Shown: one piece after another, positions 26,754 to 32,000 of the stretch | Position numbering within the stretch: the first letter of the stretch is position 1 | Layout of the letters: every line of letters starts with the position of its first letter | Assembly (NCBI GenBank): GCA_946541845.1 | Contig: CAMNJW010000004.1 | Coordinates: 2,837-34,836 of the forward strand | Origin: an uncultured Methanobrevibacter sp. | GTDB taxonomy: Archaea > Methanobacteriota > Methanobacteria > Methanobacteriales > Methanobacteriaceae | Direction: 5' to 3' | DNA length: 32,000 nt | The notes under the pieces: model-generated | What the model was told of the DNA's origin: nothing | The model's database searches: none | Seen by the model: the letters and a program-made list of their open reading frames with translations, nothing else | Translations under genes and position numbers: made by a program

Positions 26754-29351
26754 TTGAATATTGAATATGATGATGAGCATATACATAGCTTACTGCACCC
26801 TTACGTTAGCAAATGGTTTAAAAGCAGATTTGAAACATTTACTGATGCTCAAAGACAAGCAATTCCCCACATTAATGCCGGAAAAAATATCCTGATACTC
26901 TCTCCCACAGGTTCCGGAAAAACATTGACTGCCTTTTTAGCCATTTTATCCGGCCTTACAAGTCTTAGTCAACGCAACATGTTGGAGGAGAAGGTTTATT
27001 GTATTTACATCTCCCCCCTTAAGGCTTTGGACAATGACATTTTTAAGAACTTGGAAGAACCTATTAACGGAATCAATGATGTTGCAGGATATGATATTGG
27101 AATAAGACAGGCAGTCAGAACAGGGGACACCACCCAATATCAGCGTTCCAAAATGTTAAAGCATCCTCCACACATTTTAATCACAACACCTGAAACATTA
27201 TCCATTCTTCTTGTTGCTCCCAAGTTTCGGGAAAAACTCAAGAGTGTCAGATATGTGATTATTGACGAAATTCATTCCCTTGCGGAAAATAAGAGAGGTA
27301 CACACCTTAGTCTAAGTTTAGAACGTTTAAATGAATTGACTGGTGGTTTTACCAGGATTGGATTAAGTGCGACAGTAAGCCCTCCCGATGAAATCGCCAC
27401 ATTCCTTTCAGGATACTCATGGGGACAAAAGAGGGAATGTGAAATAATAAACGTTAATTATATCAAACAGTTGGATATGAAAGTTTTATGTCCTGTTGAA
27501 AATATTATTGAAACAGATCAGGAAACTTTAACCAATGAACTTTACAAGTTACTGCACAAATTAATTCAACAACATAAAACCACACTCATCTTTACAAATA
27601 CAAGAAGTGGAGCCGAAAGCGTTTCTTATAAATTAACACAACATTTTCCAAAATATTATAATTCCAATAATGTAATGGCACACCATTCTTCCCTATCCAA
27701 GGAGGTTAGACTGGAAACTGAAAATCAGCTAAAAGATGGGAATCTAAAAGTTGTTGTAAGCAGTACGTCACTTGAATTAGGTATTGATATCGGTTATATT
27801 GACCTGGTAATACTGATAAGTTCTCCAAAATCAGTATCCAGAGCATTACAAAGAATTGGACGAAGTGGACATCAGTTACACGAAAAATCAAAGGGACGAA
27901 TGGTTGTTGTTAACAGGGATGACCTGGTTGAATGCAGCCTGATATTGAAAAATGCCATGGAAGGAAAAATAGATCGAATCAACATTCCACGAAAATGTTT
28001 GGATGTTTTAAGCCAACATCTTTATGGAATAGCCATTGAAGGCAGACAAAACATAAAACATATATTCCACCTTATTAAACAGGCAATGCCCTATAAAGAT
28101 TTGAGTTGGGAGGAATATGAACAGGTTCTTCGCTATCTTGCAGGAGAATATTCCAAACTTGAGCAAAGATATGTTTATGCGAAAATATGGGTTGATTGGG
28201 AAACAAATACCTTTGGTAAACGTGGAAAACTAGCAAGAGTACTTTATTCCACGAATGTTGGAACAATTGCAGATAGAAGTCATGCCAAAGTCAAGTGTAA
28301 CGGCCAAATTATTGGAAACATTGACGGAGACTTTATGGAACGCTTGCATAAGGGTGACACATTCGTGCTTGGAGGAAGAGTTTATCAGTTTAAGTATGCC
28401 AGAGGCATGACTGTTACAGTTGTTCCTAGCGGCAGCACTCCGACAATTCCTTCATGGGTTTCTGAACAGTTACCATTATCTTATGACATTGGTATTGCAA
28501 TTCAGAACTTTAGAGCAATAATGGAATGGAAACTGTCAACAAATCTTTCCCAGGATGAAATAATTGAATATATTAAGGATTATCTGTATGTTGATGAAAA
28601 CTCTGCCAGTTCAATCTATTATTATTTCGTAGAACAGTATTTGTATAGTGAAATTCCATCAAAAAACAAGTTACTCATTGAATATTATACCGGATTTGGT
28701 GGCAGAAAATTTGTTGTATTCCATTCATTATATGGTAGACGAGTAAATGATGCTTTAAGCAGAGCCGTGGCATACATCATTGCTCAACGTTATCATAGGG
28801 ATGTTATGATAAGCATTGATGACAATGGTTTTTATTTAAGCAGTGACTCCAAAATTGGTGGGGCAGAGGCTTTTGATGAATTAAATAGTGAAAATATAAG
28901 AGAAATATTAATTCAAGCCATTGATAAAACTGAAACCTTGGCAAGCCGTTTTAGAGATTGTGCTAACAGGTCCCTGATGATTTTACGTCGTTATAAAGGA
29001 CGTGAAAAAAGTGTTGGCCGACAACAGGTTACAAGCAAGATCCTTCTAAACTTTGTTAAAGAGGTTGATGACCATTTCGCCATCCTTGATGAGGCAAGAC
29101 GTGAAGTTATTGAAGATTATATGGACATTAAACATGCACAGGAAGTTTTAAAATCCATTGAAGAACAAAAAACGGTGATAAAAACTGTTGATACAACTAT
29201 CCCAACCCCTTTTGCATTTAATTTAGTTTCAAGAGGATATCTTGATGTTTTAAAATATGAAGAACGTGCAGAATTTATTCGAAGGATGCATAAGGCAATC
29301 ATTGATAAAATAAAAGAAAAAAAGAATGATACTCTGAGAAAAGTTAAATAA
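26754..29351 (+). CDS. lhr: ATP-dependent DNA helicase Lhr (Lhr-core type, SF2)
   Basis: 865 aa. [24 protein letters not shown], Walker [16 protein letters not shown] and the motif VI-like RIGRSGH are present, with a long DEAD/H-associated C-terminal region. The only in-frame start upstream of the conserved N-terminus is TTG 26754, with GAGGA at 26742-26746. Confidence 0.92.
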   Translation: MNIEYDDEHIHSLLHPYVSKWFKSRFETFTDAQRQAIPHINAGKNILILSPTGSGKTLTAFLAILSGLTSLSQRNMLEEKVYCIYISPLKALDNDIFKNLEEPINGINDVAGYDIGIRQAVRTGDTTQYQRSKMLKHPPHILITTPETLSILLVAPKFREKLKSVRYVIIDEIHSLAENKRGTHLSLSLERLNELTGGFTRIGLSATVSPPDEIATFLSGYSWGQKRECEIINVNYIKQLDMKVLCPVENIIETDQETLTNELYKLLHKLIQQHKTTLIFTNTRSGAESVSYKLTQHFPKYYNSNNVMAHHSSLSKEVRLETENQLKDGNLKVVVSSTSLELGIDIGYIDLVILISSPKSVSRALQRIGRSGHQLHEKSKGRMVVVNRDDLVECSLILKNAMEGKIDRINIPRKCLDVLSQHLYGIAIEGRQNIKHIFHLIKQAMPYKDLSWEEYEQVLRYLAGEYSKLEQRYVYAKIWVDWETNTFGKRGKLARVLYSTNVGTIADRSHAKVKCNGQIIGNIDGDFMERLHKGDTFVLGGRVYQFKYARGMTVTVVPSGSTPTIPSWVSEQLPLSYDIGIAIQNFRAIMEWKLSTNLSQDEIIEYIKDYLYVDENSASSIYYYFVEQYLYSEIPSKNKLLIEYYTGFGGRKFVVFHSLYGRRVNDALSRAVAYIIAQRYHRDVMISIDDNGFYLSSDSKIGGAEAFDELNSENIREILIQAIDKTETLASRFRDCANRSLMILRRYKGREKSVGRQQVTSKILLNFVKEVDDHFAILDEARREVIEDYMDIKHAQEVLKSIEEQKTVIKTVDTTIPTPFAFNLVSRGYLDVLKYEERAEFIRRMHKAIIDKIKEKKNDTLRKVK

Positions 29352-29491
29352 AATTTTTAATTTAACTTAAAAACACTAATAAAAACTGTTAACACATTAT
29401 TTGATTAAAAATATTTATACAAATACTTTTAAAATAGAAACGATATAAATACGATAAGAAATTTATTTAGAATGATTGGGAGAAAGTTTAA

Positions 29492-30493
29492 ATGAAAAAT
29501 GATACATTATACCCTACTGATGAAATAACTGTTAAAGAAGAATTTTCTTCCTATTTTGAATTCAAAGACTTCCCAGGAGGTCATGAAACATCAATTAAGA
29601 TTCCAAACAAGTATGATGTAAACTTAAAAGTATACAATCTAATTCCCGGCGTTAGTGTAATCATTAACCATGCAAATCTTAAGGACAGATACAGGGAAAG
29701 CGATGATATGCTGGAATATGCCCATCCTGAGGATACTCTGCTGATTAATTTCATTAGAAGGGGACGTTGCCAACTGGAAGTCAATCCGGACAAATACATG
29801 TTTGTAAAAAACAATGATATCTACCTGTATATCAAAGAATCATTCCCCAATTCATTCTCATATCTTGGAGAAGTAACAATATATCACATACTGATAAACA
29901 GAAGACAGTTCAAGAAATTGTTAACAGAGTATACCCAGGAATATATGGATGTGATAAATTATTTCTTCAAAGAATGTGAAAAAGAAAAAAGTGTCATGTT
30001 TAAGGCACCTGAAAAAATCATAGAAATAATCGAAGAACTTGAAAAGACTAGATACAACAAAGAGATAACCAATCTGTTGTTATTTCAGTTAAAAACCATT
30101 GAAACAATCACATTTTTATATGAACTTGAAATAGAAGACGAAAAAATTAATCAAAGAACGTACTCCGATGCCACAATCAGGGTTGTCCGAAACATAAAAA
30201 ATTCCTTATCACGAAACATTGCAAGTTACGTTTCATTGGAAACACTCTCATTAAGTTACGGAATAAATCTTACAACACTTAAAAACTGTTTTAAGGACAT
30301 GTACGGAAAACCGTTATACACATGGTACAAGGAATACAAATTTTACAGAGCAAGAGAATTGATTAAAAATACGGATTATCCAATATCAAAAATTGCAAAT
30401 ATGATAGGATATAAAAGCAGCAGCAAATTTGCAAAATCATTCAAAAAAGAAATGGGTGTTCTACCATCAAGTTATCGTAAAAACAAAAAATAA
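29492..30493 (+). CDS. AraC family transcriptional regulator
   Basis: 333 aa. The C-terminal double HTH (LETLSLSYGINLTTLKNCFK...ISKIANMIGYKSSSKFAKSFKKEMGVLPSSYRK) is classic AraC/XylS. The N-terminal domain of about 200 aa is unassigned. Confidence 0.88.
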   Translation: MKNDTLYPTDEITVKEEFSSYFEFKDFPGGHETSIKIPNKYDVNLKVYNLIPGVSVIINHANLKDRYRESDDMLEYAHPEDTLLINFIRRGRCQLEVNPDKYMFVKNNDIYLYIKESFPNSFSYLGEVTIYHILINRRQFKKLLTEYTQEYMDVINYFFKECEKEKSVMFKAPEKIIEIIEELEKTRYNKEITNLLLFQLKTIETITFLYELEIEDEKINQRTYSDATIRVVRNIKNSLSRNIASYVSLETLSLSYGINLTTLKNCFKDMYGKPLYTWYKEYKFYRARELIKNTDYPISKIANMIGYKSSSKFAKSFKKEMGVLPSSYRKNKK

Positions 30494-30507
30494 TCATTAA
30501 AATTTAT

Positions 30508-30524
30508 CTTTTTTTGAAAAAAAA
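30508..30524 (+). terminator. T7-G-A9 palindromic tract after the AraC gene
   Basis: TTTTTTTGAAAAAAAAA begins 15 nt after the stop. Oligo-T is the archaeal termination signal. Confidence 0.4.
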
Positions 30525-30606
30525 ATCTATTAAATTATAATAATACTAATAAATGATTAAAAACATACATTATATTATATAATTATAAGTAATATAAGGA
30601 GATAAA

Positions 30607-32000
30607 ATGAATTATTTATTAGCAGTTATAATATTAATTTATATTGCAATGATGGTTCTGGTAGGTTATATTGCTTGGAAACGTACAAGTAGTAATGAGG
30701 ATTACTTAGTCGCAGGACGTAAAACAAGTTCATTTGTTATGGCTTTAAGTTATGGAGCAACATTTATTAGTACTGCGGCAATTGTAGGTTTTGGTGGTTT
30801 AGCAGGTACTAATGGTATGGGAATACTATGGCTTGTATTTTTAAATATTGCCGTGGGTATTTTCATAGCTTTCGTATTCTTCGGAAAACCAACAAGAGCA
30901 ATAGGAAAATATTTAAATGCATTGACTTTTCCAGAATTTTTATCCAAAAGATTCAACAGTAAATTCATACAATATTTCAGTGGATTGTTAATCTTTTGTG
31001 CAATGCCAGTATATGCAGCAAGTGTGTTAATCGGTGCTGCAAGATTTTTAGAAACAACATTGAGTATGGAATTCCAGATTGCTATCATTATATTAGCAGT
31101 AATCATAGGATTTTATGTGATATTCGGTGGATTGAAAGGTGTTATGTACACTGATGCGTTACAAGGCGTAATCATGTTTGTCGGAATGCTTGTTTTATTA
31201 ATAAGCATTTACTGGATACTTGGAGGAGTAACAGAAGCACACACATTACTTACAAACATGGCTCCATTATTCCCTGAAAGTGCAAAGGCAACTGGTGCTA
31301 CAGGTTGGACAACCTTCCCTAAAGTCGGCAGTGTATTCTGGTGGAACCTGGTAACATCAATCATAATGGGTGTTGGAATCGGAGCTATAGCTCAACCACA
31401 ACTTGCCGTAAGATTCATGACAGTTAACAGTAACCGTGAATTGAACAGAGCAGTTCTTATAGGTGGAATTTTCATATTTGTTGCTACCTTCTCAGCATAT
31501 GTGGTTGGATCATTATCAAATGTATACTTCTACCAAACAACCGGACAAATAGCAATAGAAGCAGCTGGAGCAAACGTGGATAAAATCATACCTACATTCA
31601 TCAGTTCAGCAATGCCTGAATGGTTCACATATGTATTCACACTTACATTATTATGTGCTGCAATGAGTACATTAAGTACCCAGTTCCACGCACAAGGTTC
31701 TGCAATAGGTCACGATTTATACGCAGCAAACAAAAGCGGTAAAACAGAAAGTTTAAGTGTGACACGTATTGGTATATTAATCGGTATCATACTAGCTGTG
31801 GTATTGGCTTTCATATTACCTGGAGGAGTAGTTGCACAGGGAACTACCATTTTCTTCGGTATCTGTGCAGCAGCATTTATGCCTGTTTACATATGTGCAC
31901 TCTTCTGGAAACGTACAACCAAACAGGGAGCTATAGCAGGTATTCTTAGTGGAACGGCTGTAAGCTTATTCTGCCTACTGTTCACCCACCAAAAAGAAGC
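30607..32000 (+). CDS. Sodium:solute symporter (SSS family, PanF/PutP-like), 3'-truncated by the right window edge
   Basis: The ORF is absent from the track because it is unterminated. ATG 30607 follows AAGGAGAT (30595-30602). My translation is MNYLLAVIILIYIAMMVLVGYIAWKRTSSNEDYLVAGRKTSSFVMALSYGATFISTAAIVGFGG..., continuing hydrophobic to the window end. The EDYLVAGR and GxxxTDxxQG-like (GVMYTDALQGV) motifs are typical of SSS transporters. Confidence 0.88.
   Translation, partial: MNYLLAVIILIYIAMMVLVGYIAWKRTSSNEDYLVAGRKTSSFVMALSYGATFISTAAIVGFGGLAGTNGMGILWLVFLNIAVGIFIAFVFFGKPTRAIGKYLNALTFPEFLSKRFNSKFIQYFSGLLIFCAMPVYAASVLIGAARFLETTLSMEFQIAIIILAVIIGFYVIFGGLKGVMYTDALQGVIMFVGMLVLLISIYWILGGVTEAHTLLTNMAPLFPESAKATGATGWTTFPKVGSVFWWNLVTSIIMGVGIGAIAQPQLAVRFMTVNSNRELNRAVLIGGIFIFVATFSAYVVGSLSNVYFYQTTGQIAIEAAGANVDKIIPTFISSAMPEWFTYVFTLTLLCAAMSTLSTQFHAQGSAIGHDLYAANKSGKTESLSVTRIGILIGIILAVVLAFILPGGVVAQGTTIFFGICAAAFMPVYICALFWKRTTKQGAIAGILSGTAVSLFCLLFTHQKE

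Noticed and set aside
30750-31106. 118-aa minus-strand ORF listed in the track where no plus-strand ORF is listed.
   Set aside because: The plus-strand SSS transporter ORF (30607 to the window end) is missing from the track only because it is unterminated. The minus-strand ORF is its hydrophobic mirror image.

Overview
This 32-kb window looks like a chromosomal segment of an AT-rich methanogen with a pseudomurein cell wall. GC is roughly 30% by eye and was not computed. Gene content fits Methanobacteriaceae (Methanobrevibacter/Methanosphaera-like): F420-dependent methylene-H4MPT dehydrogenase (Mtd), a TfrA-type fumarate reductase flavoprotein, archaeal CTP-dependent riboflavin kinase, archaeal-type LeuRS, NucS/EndoMS, a Get3-type ATPase and a Lhr helicase. 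I can support 29 protein-coding genes, tRNA-Arg(GCG), several oligo-T terminators and one in-gene 39-bp tandem repeat. Two of the genes run off the window edges and so are missing from the ORF track. Genes are tightly packed, with several abutting or overlapping stop/start junctions. I saw no rRNA, CRISPR array, cas genes, transposase, integrase or phage genes. Most of the window is housekeeping: hisG, hisB, nadE, ribK, leuS, thiI, mtd and tetrapyrrole amidation. Nothing here is a recognisable textbook defence or mobile system. The candidates most worth follow-up, all hypotheses from sequence reading only, are: (1) a translationally coupled mini-ferredoxin plus MTH538-type TIR-like (DUF1863/ThsB-family) pair; (2) a CobB/CobQ-family amidotransferase with inverted domain order, in the same window as a canonical CbiA/CfbB; (3) a divergent MOP-flippase / Wzy-like polymerase / MurG-like transferase module, a candidate for pseudomurein or other envelope glycan assembly; (4) a membrane protein with a phased 13-aa Tyr/Asn/Asp repeat tail, translationally coupled to a flavoprotein that carries an inserted ferredoxin-type 4-Cys motif; (5) NucS, whose conserved-looking N-terminus lies upstream of any canonical start codon; (6) a metallophosphoesterase-Lhr repair operon; (7) an orphan CoxE-type VWA gene fused to thiI at the operon level; (8) a bacterial-style AraC regulator plus sodium:solute symporter pair.
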